Of a stretch of 60,997 nucleotides of DNA, positions 37,176 to 46,390 are shown in pieces (position 1 is the first letter of the stretch; every line of letters begins with the position of its first letter). Location: positions 1-60,997 of IMG/VR virus record IMGVR_UViG_3300048591_000195; one strand, 5' to 3'. The notes under the pieces were generated by a model. It did no database searches, was not told the DNA's origin, and saw nothing but the letters and a program-made list of their open reading frames with translations. The translations under genes were made by a program, and so were the position numbers. The DNA comes from a virus (Duplodnaviria; Caudoviricetes).

Positions 37176-37802
37176 TTATTTGGTCGCAATCAAAAAACCG
37201 GCCTTGTACGCTGGCTCCTTAAACATTACCACTTTCTTAAATACCCCCGACCGCTTGTAAATATCCTGAATGTATGGATACAAAAAACAATCGTGGGCAA
37301 AAACCATCTTCAATGAATCCATCTTCCCGAATAGCTTAACCTCTGCCTCTACCGCGTTGCGTGAGTGGTTGCCGTCCTGAAATATGAAATCGTAGTTGCC
37401 CTTCTTTAACAAAGCAAATGAACCCTTTAACGAAACCTTAAACTTTGGAAACTGCTCAAAGTGAGATACGGTAAATCCAGGTTCGTGATCCTCTACGTCA
37501 ACGGTGGTAAATTCAGGCTCATGGCCTTTTTGTTTGAGTACTTTTGAGGCCAGTAAAATATGCCTTGTACTGTTTCCTCGGTAGGTTCCTATTTCAAGTA
37601 TGTTCTTTGGCTGCTGTAACACAATAGCAGCGTAAAGCATCTTCAACTCCCTGCGACCTCCTGCATGGTTGTGTCCGGCTTCTTCCCATCCTCCTATATA
37701 ATCCTGATTTACTATTTCAGCTAAATCTAATGCGGTTACGTGAGGGAATATCTCGTTGAATGGCTTTGCGTAGTGTTGGATTATTAACTGATTGTCGCTC
37801 AT
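37176..37802 (-). CDS. class I SAM-dependent methyltransferase (Methyltransf_24-like)
   Basis: ILEIGTYRGNST, YDFIFQDGNHS, AHD. Confidence 0.85.
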   Translation of the reverse strand: MSDNQLIIQHYAKPFNEIFPHVTALDLAEIVNQDYIGGWEEAGHNHAGGRRELKMLYAAIVLQQPKNILEIGTYRGNSTRHILLASKVLKQKGHEPEFTTVDVEDHEPGFTVSHFEQFPKFKVSLKGSFALLKKGNYDFIFQDGNHSRNAVEAEVKLFGKMDSLKMVFAHDCFLYPYIQDIYKRSGVFKKVVMFKEPAYKAGFLIATK

Positions 37803-37984
37803 GGTATCAAAACAGTATCCACAGGGTAACGCTTAACCATAAAACTCCCATCCGTGTTGATCGTATGAAATTTTCCGGTGTCCATGTTCTCCGCTATCCA
37901 GTAGTTATCATGGGTCTTGGATTTGGATATTACCATGTTCCCGCTGATGTACTTTGTTGGGTAGTTTGATCTGCTTGCTATCAT
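37799..37984 (-). CDS. small hypothetical protein (start re-called at ATG 37984)
   Basis: MIASRSNYP...; follows the stop of the 37996-38154 ORF. Confidence 0.5.
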   Translation of the reverse strand: MIASRSNYPTKYISGNMVISKSKTHDNYWIAENMDTGKFHTINTDGSFMVKRYPVDTVLIP

Positions 37985-37995
37985 ATTCGTTTTGA

Positions 37996-38154
37996 TTAGT
38001 TGATAAGATTGTTTCCGAAATATATTAAAGAAATGCCAATTAGAATACCTGCCGCCAGACAAAATGCAAACCGCAGAATGTGAATGTCGATAGTGTTTTC
38101 GTCATTCTCCATTTGTTTTTTTATGTCCGATAGTTTAATGCTTTGCTTTTTCAT
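37996..38154 (-). CDS. small single-TM protein (52 aa)
   Basis: Manual translation MKKQSIKLS...FAFCLAAGILIGISLIYFGNNLIN*. Confidence 0.55.
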   Translation of the reverse strand: MKKQSIKLSDIKKQMENDENTIDIHILRFAFCLAAGILIGISLIYFGNNLIN

Positions 38155-38804
38155 TACCCAATGGTTTTATAGTCCTTAAAAACTGTGTACTCTGTCAGGT
38201 CTTTGTAATCGCCAGGCTCTCCAATGTCGGGTAAATTTTTTGGTAATTGTTGGAGGAGTACTAAACCCCTTGCGGCCTGTTCGGGAGTCATGTAATGATT
38301 GAAACCGATCATGGTAATATCATCTTCCTTGTAAAACACTTCCCCGCGCCCCTCATACCTCATGCGCTTGAACCATTCGACTGCATCCTTGTTGTCGGTT
38401 AGAATCATTCCACCCTTCCCAATGTTCAATCTTTTCTTTACGTGGAATGAAAGGCATTGATATTGTTTAGGACGATACATCCCGGATGTTAAACGCTTGG
38501 CACTATCCCAAACCCATAAAGGCCAAAGCTGATATTCGCCTTTCCAATTGTTCGTTTTTTTTGTCTTATCGAATACAGGTGTAAATCCAGCCTGAATAAT
38601 CGACATAGGAACGGATAGGTACGTTTTGGATGGAATAACTATTTCAGGTTCTTCATCTTCATCAATGTTATTTTCTGTGCGTTTCCAAAGAAGGCATAGT
38701 TTTATGGCATTAGTACACGAATCCACAGCTACCGCATACGGTGCCCCCGTGTAATCGGCCATCGCCTGCTCAAAGTCGCTGATTATGGTGTATGGGTTTT
38801 TCAT
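38154..38804 (-). CDS. DegT/DnrJ/EryC1/StrS-family PLP-dependent sugar aminotransferase (short form)
   Basis: FE..MA.Y.GAPYAVAVDSCT.A, DSA, SFHVKK..IGKGGMILT. Confidence 0.88.
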   Translation of the reverse strand: MKNPYTIISDFEQAMADYTGAPYAVAVDSCTNAIKLCLLWKRTENNIDEDEEPEIVIPSKTYLSVPMSIIQAGFTPVFDKTKKTNNWKGEYQLWPLWVWDSAKRLTSGMYRPKQYQCLSFHVKKRLNIGKGGMILTDNKDAVEWFKRMRYEGRGEVFYKEDDITMIGFNHYMTPEQAARGLVLLQQLPKNLPDIGEPGDYKDLTEYTVFKDYKTIG

Positions 38805-39571
38805 TTCCAGTAATCAATTTTTAACCATTCATTAGTGCTTACTACAAAATCCTTCGCTTGTTGGTGAACCTCTTTCGGGTCGGGTGGCTGATTTTTTACC
38901 TTACGAATATAGGCAATAGCGTCAACAATGCTACTAAATCCCCTGCAAAATGGAGCCTGATAGTTTGATATGCTAACCCTGCCCATGTGAGCCATTTCGA
39001 GTGATGTAGTAAACCCTGCCATAGGATTCAACTGAACATTTACAAAGGCATTGGAATAGTACTGTTCCTTCACGTATTCCATAGGTTTACCGTGATAGCC
39101 GATTATTACCATGCTCGGCCCGAAGTACTCTGTAATGCGCTGTAATTCCTTGTAGAAGTACTTAGCCTTGTTTCCCTCTGTCATTTGGTTTTGATAGCAG
39201 TATATTTTATCCCCAAGCGGAGCAGGATCAAATCCAGAATAGTCCTTCCATGCCACCCTTATAAATTTGTCGATCTTACCGGAATAGTATTTCTTTAGCC
39301 TGTGGGTGTAGCTGAATTGATCGACTACTATCTTAAAGTTTCCTTTCAGCCTTCCCACGTTAGGCATATCAGCACCTCCGAATAAAGCCAGCTTGAATCC
39401 TTTGTGATTGTTGAATAAGGATATGTCGGTGTGATTGTAGAAACCAACAAATAAAGCCGGTGCCTCTGGATTGGTGTATGCTGATAAATTCCACTTCGAC
39501 CGGAATACGTCATGGAAGTAAATAAGGCTGCTTGATATGTGGGATTGGGTTATCATTTTATTGGTTAGCAT
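38801..39571 (-). CDS. putative GT-B-like glycosyltransferase fragment
   Basis: FGGAD; Y....V.VQL..MAGFTTSLEMAHMGR.SISN resembles the GT-B C-terminal E-motif region. Confidence 0.55.
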   Translation of the reverse strand: MLTNKMITQSHISSSLIYFHDVFRSKWNLSAYTNPEAPALFVGFYNHTDISLFNNHKGFKLALFGGADMPNVGRLKGNFKIVVDQFSYTHRLKKYYSGKIDKFIRVAWKDYSGFDPAPLGDKIYCYQNQMTEGNKAKYFYKELQRITEYFGPSMVIIGYHGKPMEYVKEQYYSNAFVNVQLNPMAGFTTSLEMAHMGRVSISNYQAPFCRGFSSIVDAIAYIRKVKNQPPDPKEVHQQAKDFVVSTNEWLKIDYWK

Positions 39572-39990
39572 CCGTTACGGTACTTCTTTTCAAGTTCTGA
39601 AAATGATTCTTTTATTGTTAGTTCTTGTCCGGTTAATGCAAAGTAAAGGTTTTGCAGATGGTGAACGCTATTGAATGCAATTCCAAATTGCACACCTTCA
39701 AGTCCTGTGTAATGGTATCCGTCATGAAACAGGCTAATTGCAAAATCGCCTTGCTTAACCCACTCGCTACCAATTTTCTGGAATCCAAACTCAAACAGCC
39801 ATTCCTCGGTGAGGGGGATAAAGTCATGTTTTGTGATGTGTCCCTTTGGATTTTCAATGTAAGATAGTATTTGTAAATCAACCTTAATAATTTCATCTCC
39901 ATCTGGATCAGCAACAATATCACCGTTACTGTTCTCATCCCACCCGAGTGAATTAATAAGATTACCTATACGTAATTCGCTTGCTTTCAT
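39565..39990 (-). CDS. conserved Bacteroidota-phage hypothetical protein
   Basis: MKASELRIGN...IPLTEEWL..FGF...VH.LQNLYFALTG.EL. Confidence 0.8.
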   Translation of the reverse strand: MKASELRIGNLINSLGWDENSNGDIVADPDGDEIIKVDLQILSYIENPKGHITKHDFIPLTEEWLFEFGFQKIGSEWVKQGDFAISLFHDGYHYTGLEGVQFGIAFNSVHHLQNLYFALTGQELTIKESFSELEKKYRNGC

Positions 39991-39994
39991 ATTT

Positions 39995-40225
39995 CTACCA
40001 CTTTGACCCGTCAGGGTGTTCGCATTTGATGTTCTTGTCCGTTAGTGTCGTTTTAGCCGGCATCCAGCATGAACAGGCTAAACACCAACCATTTTTTAAC
40101 TTATCGCAACCATTACAGATAGCCATACGCTCATCGCTTAGTTTCTTGTTCCGGTTCAATAGCTTATTGGCATAGGCTTTGGCTATCTGAATTACTTTTA
40201 ACTGTCCGCAGCAAAGACCGGCCAT
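39995..40225 (-). CDS. Cys-rich metal-binding protein
   Basis: R..IC..C....C..C.C...K......C.....KW. Confidence 0.7.
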   Translation of the reverse strand: MAGLCCGQLKVIQIAKAYANKLLNRNKKLSDERMAICNGCDKLKNGWCLACSCWMPAKTTLTDKNIKCEHPDGSKW

Positions 40226-40636
40226 TTACTTTACTCTTAAACTTGTAGGCTCAAAGCTATCAAGTATTCCTGCCAACGTGCTGTCCGGCTCGGTATTCAA
40301 TAACTCTTTTGCCCTGTCAATGTATTTTTTATTGATAGCATTGTTGTCTAACAACTCCTGCAAGAATGGTTTTAGGTGCTTTACTTGACCCAATTGTAAT
40401 TCCATTTTCAGGATGGCTTTTTGTAACTCAAATATCTTACGTTTTTTTAAATCCTGATCTTGAATTTGCTCCCTCAGCTTAGACTCCAAAGTACGAAGTT
40501 GGGTATAGTATGAGTTTTTAAATTCCTCCCGAAAAGAATCAATTTCTTCTTCTACAAAAGCTTTAATCTTCTTTATGGCTTGCTGATTGGATAACGACCT
40601 GCGGTTTATCCTTTCGATTTTGTCTGATTGTTTCAT
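40226..40636 (-). CDS. hypothetical coiled-coil protein
   Basis: 136 aa; leader contains UCAACUAAC. Confidence 0.6.
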   Translation of the reverse strand: MKQSDKIERINRRSLSNQQAIKKIKAFVEEEIDSFREEFKNSYYTQLRTLESKLREQIQDQDLKKRKIFELQKAILKMELQLGQVKHLKPFLQELLDNNAINKKYIDRAKELLNTEPDSTLAGILDSFEPTSLRVK

Positions 40637-40659
40637 ATTGATTTTAGTTAGTTGATTTT

Positions 40660-41037
40660 TTACTTACACTCGTGTTTTAGTGGGCCTATCTCTTTTCCGC
40701 AGTTGATGCAGATATGTTCAACAGTATAAATCATTACACTTTTATCGGGTGGTAAAACGGGTGGATTTTTAAGCACTTCTTTACAATTAAATTCAAATGT
40801 GAATGTGCGTGGTTTTCTTGTTAGCCACTCCCAGAATGTTGGGCGTTCACGGTAAACTGTTAATGTCTTTTTCTCATTCAATCGAGCCATTACAAAAGCG
40901 TTTAACCGAACTGTAAGCGTATTCTTAATAAAATCATCTTCTGTTTTCGTAGCCTGAATGCTAATATTATTCATCAGTAATTCTGAAAACCTTGCATCTA
41001 TTGCAATTTGTTCTTTATAAAATTTGATTTCTTTCAT
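40660..41037 (-). CDS. hypothetical protein
   Basis: 125 aa; leader contains UCAACUAAC. Confidence 0.6.
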   Translation of the reverse strand: MKEIKFYKEQIAIDARFSELLMNNISIQATKTEDDFIKNTLTVRLNAFVMARLNEKKTLTVYRERPTFWEWLTRKPRTFTFEFNCKEVLKNPPVLPPDKSVMIYTVEHICINCGKEIGPLKHECK

Positions 41038-41049
41038 GTGATATTTTAG

Positions 41050-42309
41050 TTAGTTGATCTCCGTCTTTCCGTGGCTCGGTTTGCCCCCCGTACTACTCAC
41101 CACCTTATCCAACCAATACACTTTTGGGTTATGTTTGAATATTTCGTTGATGAACTGAAAATCTCCGCATACCCGATGCCCGAAATGATGGATAAATTTA
41201 GCAAATATTTCTTTCCGTACAATAAAACAACCCGTTCCTATTTGAGCTATCAATGGCTTTTTTCCCCAAACGTTAGGACTCGGATACAAATTGCCATAGT
41301 TCCCGTTCTGAATTATCATCCGGCACATAATCACATCAGGCCCGTGCTCCGCCTCAATACGTTCGATTTCCGGCACTATCTCGGATAGGGTCATAGCATC
41401 GTCATCATCAAGGCAGTAAACCCACCTGCCCGAAATAGCAGGCACTGAAAGCATAAAGGCGTGGTTGGCCATGCCTACCCCTAAACCTTTTTTATCCTTG
41501 ATAAATATCTGCTCAAACCTACCCACTAACCCCGATACGCTTTCCTGATTTCTCGCAAAGCCTTTCGGCCTCCTATCCCCATGCTGGCGGGTTATGATCG
41601 AAAGGACAGGACTACTATCTCCAACGTAGTAAATCTTGCTTATGCTGTAATTTTCACTCACTGTCATTATCCGGTAAAAGGCCGCATCCTGACCTATCCA
41701 CTTTTCAAGCTGCTTCAATCCGGTATCTGAATGCTGATATTTAATCCAGTCCTTTCCATGCCCTGCTCCCGCTACCTGTGTCAAGCCGTGCTTTATTCCA
41801 ATAACCAATAACCCATTTGGGGTAAATGTCTTTCGGGTGAACTTTGGATTTGTCCATATCCTGTAATCCAAATAAGGATCTGAATAGTCAAACTTGTGCT
41901 CGAGTACCTTTCGGGTTACCAGCGTAGAGTTCATGCTCGATCTGCCTGGATGCTTGAATAATGAAAACTTTCCGCTTATGTGATAGTAAAGGCTCCTGTC
42001 GATTCCGAATACATCGGGCTTTCCGGCTTTCTCCCATTCGGTTAGCATGGTTTGGAGGTATTTTGGAGAATACCAATCGTCATTCTCCATCACTATAACC
42101 ACATCACATTTTTGGTTTTCAAACAGGTCTTTGAAGCCAATGTGATAACGATATGTAATGTCTACCTTATCCCTGAATGATTCCGGCATTGTGTCGTTTA
42201 CCAGCCTGACGGTGTAGGATTGAAACGTCTGCCTTTCCAAATACTGAAAACACTTTGAAAGGAATAAAGGCCTGTCGCCTTTGTCGCAAATTATAATACC
42301 TACTTTCAT
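41050..42309 (-). CDS. tandem two-domain GT2/GT-A glycosyltransferase
   Basis: Domain 1 ENDDWYSPKYL; domain 2 SIITR...YCLDDDD...GDFQFI. Confidence 0.82.
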   Translation of the reverse strand: MKVGIIICDKGDRPLFLSKCFQYLERQTFQSYTVRLVNDTMPESFRDKVDITYRYHIGFKDLFENQKCDVVIVMENDDWYSPKYLQTMLTEWEKAGKPDVFGIDRSLYYHISGKFSLFKHPGRSSMNSTLVTRKVLEHKFDYSDPYLDYRIWTNPKFTRKTFTPNGLLVIGIKHGLTQVAGAGHGKDWIKYQHSDTGLKQLEKWIGQDAAFYRIMTVSENYSISKIYYVGDSSPVLSIITRQHGDRRPKGFARNQESVSGLVGRFEQIFIKDKKGLGVGMANHAFMLSVPAISGRWVYCLDDDDAMTLSEIVPEIERIEAEHGPDVIMCRMIIQNGNYGNLYPSPNVWGKKPLIAQIGTGCFIVRKEIFAKFIHHFGHRVCGDFQFINEIFKHNPKVYWLDKVVSSTGGKPSHGKTEIN

Positions 42310-42376
42310 TTTGGGTTAATTATCGTCCTTTTGTTGATTTAGCTGTTTGTAATCGGAATAGTGGCATGTATTCAAT

Positions 42377-42880
42377 TGTTATAAACAAGCCGCCCCGCCA
42401 ATTGCGGCTCAAACCCCATCTGGAACCCACCCGCATGTTGGCCAGACGGTGGACTCACAAACCTCAATGTTTGTGCAAGCCAACGTTGCCACCGCACATG
42501 TTTGGCCGCGCCACGCTTCGGGTCGGCCAGTTTATAACATGCAAGTTTATCCAATTAAAAAGCGTCATAGTGTGTGCGTATCTATTTATCTACTGCTTCT
42601 TGACGGTAAATTGAAAATCCGTTTTCAGCAAAATTTATTCTGCCTTTGTTTATGCATTCCTGACAATAATGATGGTAAACGGTTTTGTGTGGCACCCACT
42701 TGGACACCGTAGTAAAATTTTGCTTTACTTCACCATCATAACTGACAACGTTCCCACATGAATCACAATCTATTTCTTCAATGGTTGGGAACTTCTTTTC
42801 AATTTCTCGTATCATAATCTTTACTTATTTAGTTTGTGTTCGCTTTTTAACTGTATAAACTTGCCGCTACATTAGCGGTA
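42377..42880. repeat. attC-like nested inverted-repeat element
   Basis: TGTTATAAAC...GTTTATAACA pair, then a 24-bp inverted repeat (42541-64 / 42841-64) enclosing an ORF. Confidence 0.6.
42582..42815 (-). CDS. small Zn-binding hypothetical protein
   Basis: CDSC...CQEC; sits inside the inverted repeat. Confidence 0.65.
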   Translation of the reverse strand: MIREIEKKFPTIEEIDCDSCGNVVSYDGEVKQNFTTVSKWVPHKTVYHHYCQECINKGRINFAENGFSIYRQEAVDK

Positions 42881-42922
42881 ATGCCAGTGAGCCAAGAGCA
42901 AAACCTGCTGCTGATGCTACGC

Positions 42923-43136
42923 TCAAATCAAATCAAAAAGACCACCGTTATTTAATGCATCTTTAACGTCTTTGTCAAGGTCTTTCATTTTAGCCAAATC
43001 CACGCTCATGGTTTTGTCCACCGCGCCACTGGCACGCGCAACTAACCTTCCACAACTATCACATATTTGATTTTCAAAATCTGCTGTTACTTCTCCATTT
43101 CGGTTTCATACCATTGTTTTCTTTTTCGTTTGTCAT
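42923..43136 (-). pseudogene. apparently frameshifted small ORF
   Basis: The ATG 43136 frame stops after 20 codons; a second frame (GEVTADFENQICDSCGR...FDLI*) lacks an early start. Confidence 0.4.
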
Positions 43137-43139
43137 TTC

Positions 43140-43706
43140 TCAACCTTTTAATGTCCACTCATAACACCTGCGAACGGCTTTTATATCATCCAATGCCCTG
43201 TGAGAATTAAACCACTCGCCAAATAGTTTCTTATGTAACTCAAATAAAGTTAACCATTTCCCGCCTGAAATTTCCTTTTTCTTCTGAAATATTCTAATCA
43301 AATCTACTCGCTTTTCCTTGTGCAAGGCCTGAATCATTGCGGTAATTTCCTTTGAGCCTTCACCGAAAACATTCAACGTCTCTGCCTTTATTACCGAGGT
43401 GTCAAAATATGTATTGTGCCCGATTATCTTGGATGCCTCCAATGCGTCCATAATGAACCAGGTTAAAACATCTTTTGCCGAATGGGTTCTTGTGGGGTCG
43501 TTCGCTGCCTGCGTTGTAATGCCGTGTATTGACGTGGATTCAGGTGGAACTTCTCGTCCCTCCTGATGAATGAAATATTCCTTTGGTGGATTGTCTCCCA
43601 ACTGCCATGCAATTGATACCATGCGGGGGAATTGTTTGTAGTCCTTTTCCCAAGAGTAGCCCCTTTGGATTAGGCCGGTGGTTTCGGTGTCGATATAAAG
43701 ATTCAT
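43140..43706 (-). CDS. DEDDh 3'-5' exonuclease (DnaQ-like)
   Basis: IDTETTGL, IHGIT, GHNTYFD, SHRALDD. Confidence 0.92.
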   Translation of the reverse strand: MNLYIDTETTGLIQRGYSWEKDYKQFPRMVSIAWQLGDNPPKEYFIHQEGREVPPESTSIHGITTQAANDPTRTHSAKDVLTWFIMDALEASKIIGHNTYFDTSVIKAETLNVFGEGSKEITAMIQALHKEKRVDLIRIFQKKKEISGGKWLTLFELHKKLFGEWFNSHRALDDIKAVRRCYEWTLKG

Positions 43707-43817
43707 TTTTGATGTTTTGTTATTGTTAGTTGAAGCGCACGACCCCGATCCGCCTGACCGAGGCCGTTGTTATCACCTTTTAAATTACCGTTATGCTACA
43801 AGTAAATAATTCGCGCT

Positions 43818-44282
43818 TCATGTTAATTCTATTTCACCATCGTAAAAACCAACTCCCTGCTTGCCTCTGAATTCAAATGGTTTGATGCGGCATACATTCT
43901 CGAACCTCAAACCCCATAGAACATGATCGTCAACCGTGATCGGTGCATTTGACTCCCACAAAGTAAGATCAGTATCGATGTATGCTGAAGGCTCCAATAC
44001 CGGTGTCATTAGAATCAATTCAACCAAATCACCAACAGCAATAGCATATCCACACAAGTCTGCGGTTGGCTCATCCTTCAGGATAGTCTTCGCTTCAAAT
44101 GCCATTCTACCAGCAACGTAATTAAATTCAGCATCAGAATATCTTTTCTTGGTGGAGTAAATCAAATACTTACCAAGAGGGAATGGTGGCTTTTTCCCCT
44201 TTTGAACCCACCTGCTTTCCAGCTTTCCGTGAAGCATTAGGGATGCGTATGGTTGATATAAGCCGATTGTTCTGATTTTCAT
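43818..44282 (-). CDS. ASCH-domain protein
   Basis: L.QPYASL...GKLESR...LIYS...GKQG. Confidence 0.8.
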   Translation of the reverse strand: MKIRTIGLYQPYASLMLHGKLESRWVQKGKKPPFPLGKYLIYSTKKRYSDAEFNYVAGRMAFEAKTILKDEPTADLCGYAIAVGDLVELILMTPVLEPSAYIDTDLTLWESNAPITVDDHVLWGLRFENVCRIKPFEFRGKQGVGFYDGEIELT

Positions 44283-44304
44283 TTTTATTTGTTAGTTGAC
44301 ACAA

Positions 44305-44335
44305 CAATAGTAAGGACTAAAATTTAAAAATCAAA
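44305..44335 (-). promoter_or_regulatory. Bacteroidota-type promoter
   Basis: TTTG-N19-TACTATTG; the transcript would start at the UCAACUAAC motif. Confidence 0.55.
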
Positions 44336-44347
44336 TAAATTTTACAC

Positions 44348-45553
44348 TTATTTCACCTCCCAGCGGGTGCCTCGGCTCATTAGGATGTATCTGGTTAAAT
44401 CAATAATGTGATCTGGCTGACCATCTTCGGGTATGCCCAAAATCTCATTGGTTTTCTTATCCCGCTTGTAACGGTAGTTATCCAACTCATTGTAGGCATC
44501 ATTTGAGCCCTCTACAACATAAATATCGTAATCGTGGAATAACCGGATACTCGTTTCTACGCTCTTTTTCTTTACCCGCTCAACGTAGAACCCCGCTGCC
44601 CTCATGTCGTTTACCGCCCTCGGATCGGCTGACTCGGCTATTATCCGGTGTTTGGGATTGACTCCTTTTGACTTCAAAATATCGCACAGGTTCACAACCC
44701 CATTACCCTGCGCGTTAATGCTCAACTTTGTATCGTAGACTATCTGCTGAATATACAGGCTATCCTTAACCCCTCCCCGTTTTATCCACAACCGGCAAAA
44801 GGCAGTAGGATCAGGGAAAAAACCGAAATCTAACCCAGAAGGTATCTCAACGGCATCATCCGGCACTTTCGACACCCACTTGATAAACGGCATTATGCGC
44901 TCCTCCAATAGTACCCCGTCCTGACCCAAGCCGTATACCTTCCACCAGTAATCCCACCAAGGATCGGTTCTCGACAATTCCTTTGCTCTTAAAATGTACT
45001 CAAGGCGCTTTTTAGGTAGGAACTCCAAATTGTCTACAAAAGTGGAATGAATGACTTTTGTCTTTGGGTCGTTCACTACGTTTTGCGTCTGCAGCCAAAA
45101 TTTGTGGGAAGGATTGTAGTCGATAAAGATTACCTCATCCGTCCGCTGGCTAAGTTGAACGTAGGACTCCCAGCTTATTCCCCTGTTTGGTTCATTCACC
45201 CAAAGTATATCCCGGGAAGGCCCGACCGCCCGGCTGGCATCATCACCCAAAGAGAAATATTCAATTATCGAATTATTGATAAGATACTCCCGCCTGCTTG
45301 GCACATGGGTACGCTGGAAGCCCTCCCGCCTCATGTACTTGGAATATTCGGTTATTACCCCGCGCCTTAAGTGATCGTTTGTCTGGCTGACTATTGAGGT
45401 TTTACGCGACTTCTTGGAGTGGGCTGAAATCCAGTCCTGCAACTGAATCAGGCTATGAGTTTTTGAGGAACCGGTGCCCCCCTTGTTTATGATGGTGGTG
45501 TAACCGTCCCGATAAGCTTTTAGATTCTTGAAAAAGACTTCAGTGACTTTCAA
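44348..45553 (-). CDS. terL: terminase large subunit (PBSX/Terminase_3-like)
   Basis: GGTGSSKT Walker A, LWVNE Walker B, DYNP, HSTFVDN, GLDFGF..DP, DH.ID..RY; TTG start. Confidence 0.95.
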   Translation of the reverse strand: MKVTEVFFKNLKAYRDGYTTIINKGGTGSSKTHSLIQLQDWISAHSKKSRKTSIVSQTNDHLRRGVITEYSKYMRREGFQRTHVPSRREYLINNSIIEYFSLGDDASRAVGPSRDILWVNEPNRGISWESYVQLSQRTDEVIFIDYNPSHKFWLQTQNVVNDPKTKVIHSTFVDNLEFLPKKRLEYILRAKELSRTDPWWDYWWKVYGLGQDGVLLEERIMPFIKWVSKVPDDAVEIPSGLDFGFFPDPTAFCRLWIKRGGVKDSLYIQQIVYDTKLSINAQGNGVVNLCDILKSKGVNPKHRIIAESADPRAVNDMRAAGFYVERVKKKSVETSIRLFHDYDIYVVEGSNDAYNELDNYRYKRDKKTNEILGIPEDGQPDHIIDLTRYILMSRGTRWEVK

Positions 45554-45583
45554 TTTGCAATCTGTTTCTTAAGTTTGTTACCT

Positions 45584-45859
45584 TCATCCAAGTTTTATCT
45601 CAAAAACATCTACAGGATTACAGCCGAAAAACTTATGCTCAATTGTAACAATTTCAATGCTAACTATTTTTTTTCTTATTCGAGGTGCGTTTTTGGCATA
45701 TCCCAATTGAAAAGTTACATGCTTCCATTGTTTTGACGTTAGCCTGTTAAGCCAATATTCTGTTAGCAGTCTATACTCAGATGTTTTTCTTCCAGACTTT
45801 ATATAGTCAAAATATTCACTTTTTAGAATCAGAAACAAATCTTTCATTGAATTTATCAT
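45584..45859 (-). CDS. ASCH/PUA-like protein
   Basis: L.LKSEYFD.IKSG.KTSEYR...YW..RL...F.LGY. Confidence 0.8.
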   Translation of the reverse strand: MINSMKDLFLILKSEYFDYIKSGRKTSEYRLLTEYWLNRLTSKQWKHVTFQLGYAKNAPRIRKKIVSIEIVTIEHKFFGCNPVDVFEIKLG

Positions 45860-45893
45860 TTACATGATTATTAATTATTTGCTGGATATAACA

Positions 45894-46004
45894 TCAGACA
45901 CTTGCAGGGGTTTCGTTGTTGTGTAATCCAGCTTCAATGAAATTACAAACTTGACCATTAACTGAAACTGATTGTTTTTCGATGTTGATTGTGATTGTTT
46001 TCAT
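45894..46004 (-). CDS. small hypothetical protein (36 aa)
   Basis: Manual translation MKTITINIEKQSVSVNG...; ATGA-coupled. Confidence 0.4.
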   Translation of the reverse strand: MKTITINIEKQSVSVNGQVCNFIEAGLHNNETPASV

Positions 46005-46207
46005 ATCTTTTTTGTTTTGTTTAATTTTTTTCGGATGACGGGTACACGATAAAGAGTAACCTCAGCATCTAAGTACGGGCGTTCGTTGCGTGACAAATGA
46101 TATTGAATAGTCTCGTAATTTCGCCCTGGATAATATTCAAGGAAAACAGTTAAGGTCGAGTAGCATTCTACCCGACCGTCTGACCATTGCGCGATGATTA
46201 CTCTCAT
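46001..46207 (-). CDS. hypothetical protein
   Basis: 68 aa, coupled. Confidence 0.6.
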   Translation of the reverse strand: MRVIIAQWSDGRVECYSTLTVFLEYYPGRNYETIQYHLSRNERPYLDAEVTLYRVPVIRKKLNKTKKI

Positions 46208-46365
46208 CCTATCTGATTTTTTGAAAGGCGAAGCGTACCTTTTTCTATCTCTCTTCCGCCTTCTTTCAAGCGTTCACGAGCTTCGCGAATATTGTTTGCC
46301 CGAATTTCAGTTGTAACCCACTGATCTTTTTCGTTTGAGCGTGTCCATGCTGTGTACTTTTTCAT
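46204..46365 (-). CDS. small hypothetical protein (53 aa)
   Basis: Manual translation MKKYTAWTRSNEKDQW...; downstream of a promoter. Confidence 0.55.
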   Translation of the reverse strand: MKKYTAWTRSNEKDQWVTTEIRANNIREARERLKEGGREIEKGTLRLSKNQIG

Positions 46366-46390
46366 AACTGTGTTTGTTTAAATTGTTACG

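Noticed and set aside
42372-42554. 60-aa minus-strand ORF
   Set aside because: Runs through the palindromic attC-like element; more likely a by-product of the repeat
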